Shown here: in pieces, positions 18,827-27,938 of the stretch
Position numbering within the stretch: position 1 is the stretch's first letter
Layout: each line of letters begins with the position of its first letter
From: Myxococcota bacterium
Lineage (GTDB): Bacteria > Myxococcota_A > UBA9160 > UBA4427
NCBI GenBank assembly: GCA_036336835.1
Contig: JAYZFK010000037.1
Location: forward strand, 1 to 60,642
DNA: 60,642 nt
Reading direction: 5' to 3'
Made by a program: the position numbers and the translations under genes
The notes under the pieces: model-generated
Database searches by the model: none
The model's input: only the letters and a program-made list of their open reading frames with translations
What the model was told of the DNA's origin: nothing

Positions 18827-20230
18827 CTAGATGTGCAACGCGCGGCCGTACGCATCGAGCACGGACTCGTGCATCATCTCCGACAGCGTGGGGTGCGGAA
18901 AGACCGTGTGCATCAGCTCGGCCTCAGTCGTCTCGAGGGTCCGCGCGATCACGTAGCCGTGGATCAGCTCAGTCACCTCGGCACCGGCCATGTGCGCTCC
19001 GAGCAGCTCCCCCGTCTGCGCATCGAACACCGTCTTGACCAGGCCCTCGCCCTCGCCAAGCGCGATCGCCTTACCGTTGCCGACGAACGGGAACTTGCCG
19101 ACGCGCACTTCGTGTCCCGCCTCGCGGGCCCCCGCCTCGGTGTAGCCGACGCTCGCGATCTGCGGACGACAGTAGGTGCAACCGGGGATCTTGGTCACGT
19201 CGAGCGGATGCAGGCCCGCGGCACCCGCGATCCGCTCGGCGACCAGCACACCCTCATGGGTCGCCTTGTGCGCCAGCCAGGGCGGACCGGCGACGTCGCC
19301 GATCGCGTGAACGCCGGCCTCGCCGGTCTCGCACCATTCGTTGGTCACGACGTGGCCCCGATCGACCTCGACGTTCGTGCCCTCGAGCCCGAGATCCTCG
19401 ACGTTGCCGACGATTCCGACCGCCAGGATCACGCGGTCGAACGCCGCCTGCTTGGTCTCGGACCCGAGATCGATCGCAGCGACGACCTCGTCATTGCCGT
19501 GCTCGAGCGCCGAGACGGTGGCGCCCGTGTAGATCGCCATGCCCTGTTTCTCGAACTGCTTGCGGGCAAAGGCGGCGATATCCCCGTCCTCGACGGGCAG
19601 GATCTGCGGCAACATCTCGACCACGGTGACCTCGCTGCCGAGGTCGCGGTAGAAGCTCGCGAACTCCATGCCGATGGCGCCACTGCCGATCACCAGCAAC
19701 CGGTCCGGAAGCGAGCTGGGGACCATCGCCTCCTTGTAGGTCCAGATGCGATCGCCGTCGGGCTCGAGGCCGGGCAGCGCGCGAGCCCTGGCGCCCGTTG
19801 CGATCACCACGTGGCGAGCGCTGATCTCTCGCGCCTCACCCCCCTCGTCCACGCGAACCCGACCCGGCCCGGCCAGCCGCGCGTGGCCGTAGATCACCTG
19901 CACCTCGTTCTTCTTGAGAAGGTGTTTGACACCCGCCGACAAGCGCTTCGAGATCTTGCGCGAGCGCTGGACCACCTTCTCGATATCCAGATGGACGTCG
20001 GTAGCGGACAACCCGAACTCATCGAGCCGCTGCAGCAGGTGGTTCAGCTCCGACGTGCGCAGCAGCGCCTTCGTCGGGATGCAACCCCAGTTGAGACAGA
20101 TCCCACCGAGATGCTCTCGCTCGGCGAGGGCGGTGCTCAGGCCCAGCTGCCTGGCTCGGATCGCCGCGGGATAGCCGCCGGGGCCACCTCCGATGACCAC
20201 GACGTCGAACTCAGTCGGACCGGTCGGCAT
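18827..20230 (-). CDS. lpdA: Dihydrolipoyl dehydrogenase (E3)
   Basis: GGGPGGY, GGICLNWGCIPTK, GSGAIG, HPTLSE. Confidence 0.96.
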   Translation of the reverse strand: MPTGPTEFDVVVIGGGPGGYPAAIRARQLGLSTALAEREHLGGICLNWGCIPTKALLRTSELNHLLQRLDEFGLSATDVHLDIEKVVQRSRKISKRLSAGVKHLLKKNEVQVIYGHARLAGPGRVRVDEGGEAREISARHVVIATGARARALPGLEPDGDRIWTYKEAMVPSSLPDRLLVIGSGAIGMEFASFYRDLGSEVTVVEMLPQILPVEDGDIAAFARKQFEKQGMAIYTGATVSALEHGNDEVVAAIDLGSETKQAAFDRVILAVGIVGNVEDLGLEGTNVEVDRGHVVTNEWCETGEAGVHAIGDVAGPPWLAHKATHEGVLVAERIAGAAGLHPLDVTKIPGCTYCRPQIASVGYTEAGAREAGHEVRVGKFPFVGNGKAIALGEGEGLVKTVFDAQTGELLGAHMAGAEVTELIHGYVIARTLETTEAELMHTVFPHPTLSEMMHESVLDAYGRALHI

Positions 20231-20483
20231 GCTTCCCTCGCTCTCGACGCTTGCGCGTCGGCTCGCAGAATAGCGCCCCCAAATCGAGCGCGTGCGGCTC
20301 GCGCTGGCGGCCTGCGCACTGCTGCCGCGGGCGCACGGCTTCGCTAGCCTGCGCCGCCGATGACTGCCCTCTCACCCTGAGGCGCGATCGCCCGGGCACG
20401 GCACTCGCCGCACCGACTCTCACCACTTCCAGAGACAAACCCCCGAGCGGGCTTCGAAGCGCGCAAACAAGGAGTTCCCCGGC

Positions 20484-21854
20484 ATGCAAATCTCGCGGGC
20501 GGCGATTGTCATGGTGATTGCCACGACAACGGTCACCGGGACTGCAGCAGCGGCCGACAACACCAAGCGCTTCGGCGAGGAAATCCTCGACATCCTCAAA
20601 GAAGACGGAACGATCGACCAGGCGCGCTATCAGGAGCTGAGGGCAAAGGAGGCCGAGGAGGCCCGCGCCGCCACCTCTCCGGACCGCGACGACTGGAAGA
20701 TCTCCTACCGCGACGCGCTCACTCTGGAGCGGCGCGATGGAAGCGCGAAGATCTCGATCGGCGGCCGCCTCCAGGCCGACTTCGCAACCATCCACGTGAC
20801 CGATGCGCTCGAAGCAGCCGTTTCCGGTGGCGACGGCGAGGGTGTCGAGCTTCGCCGCGCGCGCTTCTACATGCAGGGCGAGCTGAACGAGAGGATCTTC
20901 TGGAAATCGCAGATCGAGTTCGCCAAGGGTGCCGTCGTGCTGGCCGACGCCTACATCGGGATGAAGGGTCTCGGCGCGCTCGGCAGCGTGAAGGTCGGTC
21001 ACATGAAGGAGCCCTTCAGCCTCGAAGAGCTGACCAGCAGCAAGTACATCACCTTCATGGAGCGCTCTCTGCCGGCCGTCTTCGACTCGGCACGCGACTT
21101 CGGCCTCAACTTCTCGAACACCCTGTTCGACCAACGAATGACGTGGGCCGCAGCCATCATGGCCCCGACGGGCCCCAGCGGCTTCAGCTTCTCTTCGAGC
21201 GCCGACTTCAACGCCGGCGCGCGGGTAACCGGGCTCCCGATCTATCGGGACGCCGGGCGCAGGCTCCTGCATCTCGGCTTCTCGGGCATCTACAAGTCCC
21301 GCGACGGGACGATGTTCCGCTTCCGACGGCGCCCCGAGATCCACCTTGCGAAGCGGTACTACGACACCGGAGACCTCTCGAGCGACGGTGCGGGCGTGAT
21401 CGCGGTCGAGCTTGCCGGCGTCTACGGATCCTTCCATTTCGCGTCCGAGTGGAAGCAGACATGGATCGACGAGACGACCCTCGGCCGCCAGGTCGGCTTT
21501 GGCGGCTACGTGAGCGCCGGCTACTTCCTGACCGGTGAGCACCGCCCGTACGAGACGTCGAACGCCACGTGGAACCGAGTCGAGCCGATCGAGCCGTTCG
21601 ACCCCGGCAAGGGCCAGTGGGGCGCGTTCGAGATCGCCACGCGGTACTCGCACCTCGACCTCGACCGGGACGAGCTCAAGGGCGGAAGCGGCCAGGACAT
21701 CAGCTGGGCCCTCAACTGGTACCTCTACTCGAGCCTGCGGATCTCGACCAACTACGTCTACGCCGACTTGAAGTCGACGGGTGTCGGTGAAGACCGCACA
21801 CGCACGAAGGGCACTGTCCACGCCTTCCAGACGAGAGTCCAGATCGAGTTCTAG
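20484..21854 (+). CDS. OprO/OprP-family anion-selective porin
   Basis: Signal peptide; GGRLQAD, ELRRAR, KEPFSLEELTSS..FMERS, GYFLTGEHRPY, C-terminal Phe; SD AAGGAG. Confidence 0.88.
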   Translation: MQISRAAIVMVIATTTVTGTAAAADNTKRFGEEILDILKEDGTIDQARYQELRAKEAEEARAATSPDRDDWKISYRDALTLERRDGSAKISIGGRLQADFATIHVTDALEAAVSGGDGEGVELRRARFYMQGELNERIFWKSQIEFAKGAVVLADAYIGMKGLGALGSVKVGHMKEPFSLEELTSSKYITFMERSLPAVFDSARDFGLNFSNTLFDQRMTWAAAIMAPTGPSGFSFSSSADFNAGARVTGLPIYRDAGRRLLHLGFSGIYKSRDGTMFRFRRRPEIHLAKRYYDTGDLSSDGAGVIAVELAGVYGSFHFASEWKQTWIDETTLGRQVGFGGYVSAGYFLTGEHRPYETSNATWNRVEPIEPFDPGKGQWGAFEIATRYSHLDLDRDELKGGSGQDISWALNWYLYSSLRISTNYVYADLKSTGVGEDRTRTKGTVHAFQTRVQIEF

Positions 21855-21875
21855 CGACGCTACACTTCGCGCCCG

Positions 21876-23282
21876 ATGAGCGAAGTGAAAGTCCACTGGG
21901 CCGGAGAACAGGACGGGCTGCGCCTCGAGGTGAGACATCTCGCCGAGGGGCCGCGACTCGACTGGGTCGACGGCACGGCACGCGGGGGTGCCGACGCCTC
22001 TGGCCAGCCCGCCTGGCTCGACGGAGTCGAGCGTGCGTTGGCCAAGTGCCGCACGCAGCATCCCCGTGCCTCGACGGACCTGCTGCGCGAGGCGGAGCTG
22101 GCGCTGCGCAACCCACCGGTCGACCTCGATGGGCTGGATCTCGAGCAGCTGCGCCATCGCAACAGCGAGAAGTGGGGCACCTACCCCGGAGACGATCTGA
22201 TCGCGTGCTGGGTCGCCGAGATGGACTACCCCCTGGCCCGTCCGATCCACACCTCACTCGCGCGCGCCGTTGCAACCGACGACGTCGGCTACACCATCGC
22301 ACTGCCCGACACCGGGCTGGCCGATGCCTTTGCCGAGCGCATGCAGGCCCGCTTCGACTGGAGCGTGGCCCCTGGGCGCTGCGAGATCCTCTCGGAGGTC
22401 GTGCAGGGCCTCTACGTCGCGCTCGAGGCCTACTCGCAGCCCGGCGAAGGCGCCATCGTCCAGACCCCGATCTACCCGCCGTTCCTCGGCGCCGTGCGAG
22501 AGACGAACCGGCGCCTGATCGAGAACCGCCTGGTATTCGCTGCGCAGCGCTACGAGATCGACTTCGATGCACTGCAACGCGACCCGGGCGACGACACACG
22601 GCTGCTGCTGCTGTGCAACCCGCACAATCCAACGAGCCGTGTCTTCGGGCGCGACGAGCTCGAGCAGCTGGGGACGCTGGCGCTGGAGCGCGATCTCGTG
22701 GTGGTGGCCGACGAGATCCACGCCGACCTGGTGTTCGACGGACGCGAGTTCATCCCGTTCGCCAGCCTGTCGCCAGAGGTCGCGGAGCGCACCGTGACCC
22801 TCACCTCCGCGTCGAAGGCCTTCAACATCCCGGGCCTGCGCACCGCGATCGCCCACTTCGGGAGCGCGCAGCTGCAGAAGCGCTTCAACGACTGCATTCC
22901 GCGCCACGCGCGAGGGGGAATCGGCCTGCTCGGCATCTACGCCTCGATCGCGGCCTGGCGCCACTCGCAGCCCTGGCTGGACCAGGTGCGCGAGCACCTC
23001 CAGGCGAACCGCGACTTCGCCACGGCGTTCCTGCGCGAGCGCTGCCCCGAGATCCGCTTCGCCCCGCTCGAGTCGACGTATCTGATGTGGCTCGACTGCA
23101 GTGCGCTCGGGCTGCCGCAGAGCCCGGCCCGGTTCTTCTTCGAGCGGGCGCGGATCGCCTTGTCCGACGGCGGCCTGTTCGGCCCCGGCCATGACGAATT
23201 CGCGCGGCTCAACATCGCTACCTCGCGACCCATCCTGCGCGAGATCCTGGAGCGGCTCGCCGGGGCGCTCGAGCGGCGCTGA
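21876..23282 (+). CDS. MalY/PatB-family PLP C-S lyase with N-terminal extension
   Basis: SEKW, WVAEMD, LCNPHNP, DEIHADL, SASKAFNIPGL, YLMWLD. Confidence 0.88.
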   Translation: MSEVKVHWAGEQDGLRLEVRHLAEGPRLDWVDGTARGGADASGQPAWLDGVERALAKCRTQHPRASTDLLREAELALRNPPVDLDGLDLEQLRHRNSEKWGTYPGDDLIACWVAEMDYPLARPIHTSLARAVATDDVGYTIALPDTGLADAFAERMQARFDWSVAPGRCEILSEVVQGLYVALEAYSQPGEGAIVQTPIYPPFLGAVRETNRRLIENRLVFAAQRYEIDFDALQRDPGDDTRLLLLCNPHNPTSRVFGRDELEQLGTLALERDLVVVADEIHADLVFDGREFIPFASLSPEVAERTVTLTSASKAFNIPGLRTAIAHFGSAQLQKRFNDCIPRHARGGIGLLGIYASIAAWRHSQPWLDQVREHLQANRDFATAFLRERCPEIRFAPLESTYLMWLDCSALGLPQSPARFFFERARIALSDGGLFGPGHDEFARLNIATSRPILREILERLAGALERR

Positions 23283-23349
23283 CACCGGCCACTGGTATCC
23301 TGCCCAGCAGCGCTTCAGCTTTCGTTCGCCCTGCCGATGCGAGGGATCG

Positions 23350-24315
23350 ATGCTCGAGCACAGCCACCCGCATCCCAAGGCGGCCAACCTGCGCAGCCAG
23401 GGACAACGCCGCCTGACGCTGATGCTCGCGCTATCGGCGACCTACATGGTCGCCGAGGCAATCGGCGGCTGGTGGGCGGGCTCGCTCGCGCTGCTGGCCG
23501 ACGCCGGCCACATGGCCGGAGATGTCGCCTCGCTCGCGCTGGCGAGCTTCGCACTCTGGGTCGCGCAGCGCCCGGCCGATTCGCGGCGCACCTTCGGCCA
23601 CACCCGGGCCGAGATCCTGGCGGCGCTCGCCCAGGGCGTTGGGCTGGTCGCGGTGGCGCTGCTGATCGTAGTCGAGGCGTCCGAGCGGCTCAGCGCGCCT
23701 CCGCCCGTCGCCGGGATCAGCATGCTCGTGATTGCGACCGGCGGCCTGGCAGTCAACCTGCTCGGACTGTGGCTGCTCGGGCGCGGGCAGGAGCACAGCC
23801 TGGTGCTGCGCGGCGCCTGGCTGCACGTGGCATCCGACGCACTCGGTAGCATCGGCGCGATCGGAGCAGGCGCGGCCGTGTGGTGGTTCGGCTGGAACTG
23901 GGCCGACCCGGTCGCCTCACTGCTGATTGCGCTGCTGGTGATCAGCAGCGCGTGGTACCTGATGCGGGACGCAGTCGACGTATTGATGGAAACCGCTCCC
24001 GGCCACCTCGACGTCGATGAGATCCGGGCGGCGCTCGGCCGCGTCGGCGGTGTGCTCGACGTCCACGATCTTCACGTCTGGACCATCGGTAGCGGAGAGA
24101 TTTCGCTGTCCTGCCACGTCGTCTCGCGCGCCAGCACCGACACCGGCACCCTGCTCACCACCTTCAACGAGCTCCTCCAATCGGAGTTCGGCATCCACCA
24201 CGCCACCATCCAGGTCGAGCCGGCCAGGGGCCCCGAGACCGTCGACACCGACGTCGCCTGCACCACGGCCTGCGAACCGACTGCCGCCGCGACCGGCCAG
24301 CCGCGCCGGAGTTGA
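23350..24315 (+). CDS. CDF divalent-metal efflux transporter (CzcD/ZitB-like)
   Basis: SLALLADAGHM, GAWLHVASDALGS, VHDLHVW, HATIQ. Confidence 0.92.
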   Translation: MLEHSHPHPKAANLRSQGQRRLTLMLALSATYMVAEAIGGWWAGSLALLADAGHMAGDVASLALASFALWVAQRPADSRRTFGHTRAEILAALAQGVGLVAVALLIVVEASERLSAPPPVAGISMLVIATGGLAVNLLGLWLLGRGQEHSLVLRGAWLHVASDALGSIGAIGAGAAVWWFGWNWADPVASLLIALLVISSAWYLMRDAVDVLMETAPGHLDVDEIRAALGRVGGVLDVHDLHVWTIGSGEISLSCHVVSRASTDTGTLLTTFNELLQSEFGIHHATIQVEPARGPETVDTDVACTTACEPTAAATGQPRRS

Positions 24316-24332
24316 ACGAGCCGCCCTTCGAC

Positions 24333-25970
24333 TCATTCGCTCGGCCGATACGGAATGCGCCAACGCCGCCAGTCGCGCGCTGCGCGCTCGATCGCGGCGT
24401 TCGGCTGGAGCACCCACAGCAGGAGCCGCGTGTCCGCCTCGACGGGCATCGCCACCACGAACATCTCGTCCGGACCCGGCAGCCGTGCCGGCATCGCCAT
24501 CGCGGCCCACCCTCGCAACAGTGCCGGTATTCGCGCGCGCCGAAGCTCCTCGAGCGTGAGCAGCGCAGGATCTCCCACGATCAGCTGAACGCCCCGCTCG
24601 CGCAAATAGTCGAAGGTGGCGCGGTAGCGGTGGCCGGGGCGGCGCTGCTCGGAGACCACACCGAGCGTCGGAATCGTGCGGTCGTTGAGCCCCCACAGGT
24701 CGACGCTCTCGAGCCGGCTGTAGTACGGGATCGCGCCCGCTGCCGTCACTGCAATCACGGCGTCGGTGCCTGCGAGCTCGCGGGCCAGCGCGCTGCCGAT
24801 GCGGTCCCAGGCGCCGTCGGGATACCGACCGTAGAAGTCGCCGAGCTGCGGGATGCCGTCCATCCGCAGGTCCGGATCGGTGTGGAACGTGATGGAATGT
24901 GCGTACGAGCTGAGGCTCAGCAGGCTGACGGTGACCGCGGCGACGACCCCGCGGCCGCGGGCGCCGAATCTGGCGCAACCCGCGTCGAGCAGCAGTGCCA
25001 ACGCGAGATAGGCGTAGGCCGCAACCGGGACGAGGAAGCGGAACTCCATGAAGTCCCCGCCGGCGAACGTGAGGTAGGCGAACGAGCTCGCGAGCAGCGC
25101 GCTCGCGACCCACAGCACGGCCCGGCCGCAACGTCCCGGAACCTTGCCAGCCAGGGCCGCCTGGATCGTGAACAGCGCGATCAGCGGCCCCACGCCGTAC
25201 CAGAGCACGAAGCGACCCCACTGCAGTGCACCGTCTGCCACCCACCCGCCGCCCGTCAGCTTCGCCGCGAACGAGTTCGGCAACACACTCCCGTAGTAGA
25301 GGAGCTTCCAGCCGAACCACACGCCAATGATCAGTGCGACCGGCACGAGCAGCGCCGCGACAGCGTCTCCTCGGCGGGCGCGACCGACGCTGCGCAGCGA
25401 CAACAGGAGCCAGACGCCAATCGGCGCGAGCAGCACCGCGGAGTCGAGCCGAACCAGCAGCGACAACGCGGCCCAGACGGAGGCCAGTGCAAAGTGACGC
25501 CGCGGGCCACCCGGCGCGTCCCAGCAGCGCTGCGCTGACCGAAACGTGGCGAGCACCAGCGCCGTCTGCGCCATCGTCGCCAACCCGCCGGTCGCGAAGG
25601 AGTGGACACTGAAGTTCGTCGCAAAGCCCAGCGTCGCGACCAGCGGAACCAGCGCGCTCTCGCCCTCGGCCGCGTCCGACGCGATGCGCCACAGCAGTGC
25701 GACCGAAAACCCGAACGCCGCAATTCCGCTCGCCTGCGACCACGCGACGGGCTCGGCGCCGAGCGCGAACCCGAGCGCCAGCCAGATCACCCAGCCGAAG
25801 TTCGTGTAGCCCTCGACCCGCTCGCCGAACCAGCTGAGCCCATCGCCCTCGACCAGGCTGCGGGCGTACTGGAAGACGATGAAGGCGTCGTCGAGCACGA
25901 ACCGCGCGTGCCAGGCCAGGCCACCGGCCAGCAACAGCACGGCGGCCAGCAGCCATCGATCGCGAGCCAT
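24333..25970 (-). CDS. GT-C-like integral membrane glycosyltransferase (AftB-related family)
   Basis: DDAFIVFQYARSL..GERVEGYTN, GGDFMEFRFLVP, AAGAIPYYS..DLWGLND; many TM helices. Confidence 0.7.
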   Translation of the reverse strand: MARDRWLLAAVLLLAGGLAWHARFVLDDAFIVFQYARSLVEGDGLSWFGERVEGYTNFGWVIWLALGFALGAEPVAWSQASGIAAFGFSVALLWRIASDAAEGESALVPLVATLGFATNFSVHSFATGGLATMAQTALVLATFRSAQRCWDAPGGPRRHFALASVWAALSLLVRLDSAVLLAPIGVWLLLSLRSVGRARRGDAVAALLVPVALIIGVWFGWKLLYYGSVLPNSFAAKLTGGGWVADGALQWGRFVLWYGVGPLIALFTIQAALAGKVPGRCGRAVLWVASALLASSFAYLTFAGGDFMEFRFLVPVAAYAYLALALLLDAGCARFGARGRGVVAAVTVSLLSLSSYAHSITFHTDPDLRMDGIPQLGDFYGRYPDGAWDRIGSALARELAGTDAVIAVTAAGAIPYYSRLESVDLWGLNDRTIPTLGVVSEQRRPGHRYRATFDYLRERGVQLIVGDPALLTLEELRRARIPALLRGWAAMAMPARLPGPDEMFVVAMPVEADTRLLLWVLQPNAAIERAARDWRRWRIPYRPSE

Positions 25971-26038
25971 GCACCACCTCCCTGGCCCGATCCGCCCGAC
26001 TCGGACCAGATCCGGGATCCTGCGCTGCGGGGTACGGC

Positions 26039-26088
26039 TTGTCAGCCCACAAAAATGACGGTAGTGTCATTTTCTGACATGTCTGTCA
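26039..26088 (+). promoter_or_regulatory. Sigma70-type promoter with two tandem TGAC-N6-GTCA operators
   Basis: TTGTCA (26039-44), 17 bp, TAGTGT (26062-67); palindromes AAAATGAC-N6-GTCATTTT (26052-73) and TGAC-N6-GTCA (26075-88). Confidence 0.8.
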
Positions 26089-26669
26089 ACAAGCCGCAGC
26101 CCGCGCTCTCTCGGCGCGCCGCCACGCGCGAGAAGCTACGCCAGAGCGGCCTCGAGCTGTTCGCGGAGCGCGGACTCCACGGGCTCACCACGCACGACAT
26201 CGCCCACCACGCCGGACTCGCAGCGGGGACCTTCTACCTCCACTTCCCGGACAAGCAGGCCCTGTTCCGCGAGATCGTGCTCGAGGCAATGGATGAGCTG
26301 CGCGCCCACCTGCAGGCTGCGACGGCCATCACAGTCGAGCCGACCGACAGCGTGCAGGCCCACGCGACCGCGCTGATGGACTTCGCGGCGCGCAACCGCG
26401 CCGTGATCCGGATCCTGTTCAGCGGCGACGGCGAAGCGGCCGAGCTCGAGCACGACGTACTCAACACCCTGGCCGAGTCGCTGGCCAAGGCGCGCACCGA
26501 GCGCGACCGCGTCCCGGAGGGCGCCGCCCCGGCCGTCTTCGCGCAGGCGCTCGTCGGCATGTTCGCGCGCGTGGTCGCCTGGTGGGTCGAGGACCCGAGC
26601 CGAGCGACCCGCGACCAGGTGATCGAGACCCTCACCCGCATTCAGCTCACGGGCACCCAGCCCGACTGA
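26079..26669 (+). CDS. TetR/AcrR family regulator
   Basis: TREKLRQSGLELFAERG..DIAHHAGLAAGTFYLHFPDK helix-turn-helix. Confidence 0.93.
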   Translation: MSVNKPQPALSRRAATREKLRQSGLELFAERGLHGLTTHDIAHHAGLAAGTFYLHFPDKQALFREIVLEAMDELRAHLQAATAITVEPTDSVQAHATALMDFAARNRAVIRILFSGDGEAAELEHDVLNTLAESLAKARTERDRVPEGAAPAVFAQALVGMFARVVAWWVEDPSRATRDQVIETLTRIQLTGTQPD

Positions 26670-26691
26670 GCGATCGAGCACAGGAGTCGGC

Positions 26692-27816
26692 ATGACCAAC
26701 CCGGATATCGCGCACGATCCGATCTACAACGCGGTCGACCGCGACGACTTCCTGTCGCTGATCGAGGTCGACCGCTATGCGGACCGCACCAGTGCCTTCG
26801 ACTCGATCATCTCTGCAACGGTCGACCACTTCTGGGATCCGACGGATCCGACCTACATCGACTTCGATGCAGACTGCGCGTTCGACACGGGCGAGCAGCT
26901 GCTGATGCCGCGCGAGTTCTGCGTCGAGCTCCATTGCGCGGTCGCGGACCGGCTCGACCCGCGCCAGCAGATCCAGCTCGCCAACGCGAGCACGCAGTTC
27001 ATGCTCTCGAGCATCCTGCATGGCGAGCAGGGAGCTCTCTCGCTGTCGGCCAGCCTGTGCCAGATCCTGCGCGATCCCGGCGCCCAGGAATACGCCGCCA
27101 ACCAGACCCGCGAGGAGGCCCGCCACGTCACCGGCTTCTCGCGCTACATCGCCACGCGCTTCGGCGCGCCGCTGGCCGCGGGGCCAACCCTGGCATCTCT
27201 GATGGACGAGATCGTCCAATCGGGACTCGTCTACCAGAAGCTCGTCGGCATGCAGATGCTGATCGAGGGCCTCGCCATGGGGGCCTTCGCCACGCTGTAC
27301 TCGTCGACCGAGGATCCACTCCTTCGACGCCTGGTCCAACTGGTCATGACGGACGAGGCCTTCCACCACAAGTTCGGCAAGATCTGGGCGGACAAGACGA
27401 TCCCCTTGCTCAGCGAGCAAGAGCACGAAAAGGTCGAGCAGTGGGCGGCCGACACCTTCCAGGTGCTGCTGTTCAACCTGGTGAACGCCGAGCAGAAGCA
27501 GACGATCTACGAGCCGTTCGGACTGGAGTGGCAGTGGGTGCGCAGCGCTGTCCTCGAGGCTTTCAGCGATGCGGATCGTCGCGTGAGCATGACGCGCAGC
27601 ACGAACATCTTCCGGGTGCTGATCAAGACGCTGCTCAAGGCCGGCATCATCACCGAGCGAACGAAGCAGATCTACGCGCAGTGGGTCGACATGGACGAGC
27701 TCGCTGCCGAGGACAACGCGGTGGTCGCCGCCGACGTCGTGGACGCCGGGATCGCCGAGCTGCGCGAAATCAACCGCAACCGCAACCGCGTCGGCCGCCG
27801 GTTCGAGCGCGCCTGA
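26692..27816 (+). CDS. Ferritin-like diiron-carboxylate enzyme
   Basis: Ligand pattern HGEQGA, EEARH, IEGLA, DEAFHH; SD AGGAG. Confidence 0.82.
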   Translation: MTNPDIAHDPIYNAVDRDDFLSLIEVDRYADRTSAFDSIISATVDHFWDPTDPTYIDFDADCAFDTGEQLLMPREFCVELHCAVADRLDPRQQIQLANASTQFMLSSILHGEQGALSLSASLCQILRDPGAQEYAANQTREEARHVTGFSRYIATRFGAPLAAGPTLASLMDEIVQSGLVYQKLVGMQMLIEGLAMGAFATLYSSTEDPLLRRLVQLVMTDEAFHHKFGKIWADKTIPLLSEQEHEKVEQWAADTFQVLLFNLVNAEQKQTIYEPFGLEWQWVRSAVLEAFSDADRRVSMTRSTNIFRVLIKTLLKAGIITERTKQIYAQWVDMDELAAEDNAVVAADVVDAGIAELREINRNRNRVGRRFERA

Positions 27817-27938
27817 AGGCTCGGCCGACTTCGCCGGTCGGGACCACAACGCCCCGAATGCGCGCGCACGCTCCACGCCCGCACTTTGATTGCGCGATGC
27901 CCGAGCCAGTAGACTGCGCGTACAGGAGACCACGCTCG

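Noticed and set aside
26934..27938. N-terminal third of the 922-aa ORF as a triple fusion
   Set aside because: It is an alternate frame over the diiron gene; an SD and ATG at 27939 mark the real start.
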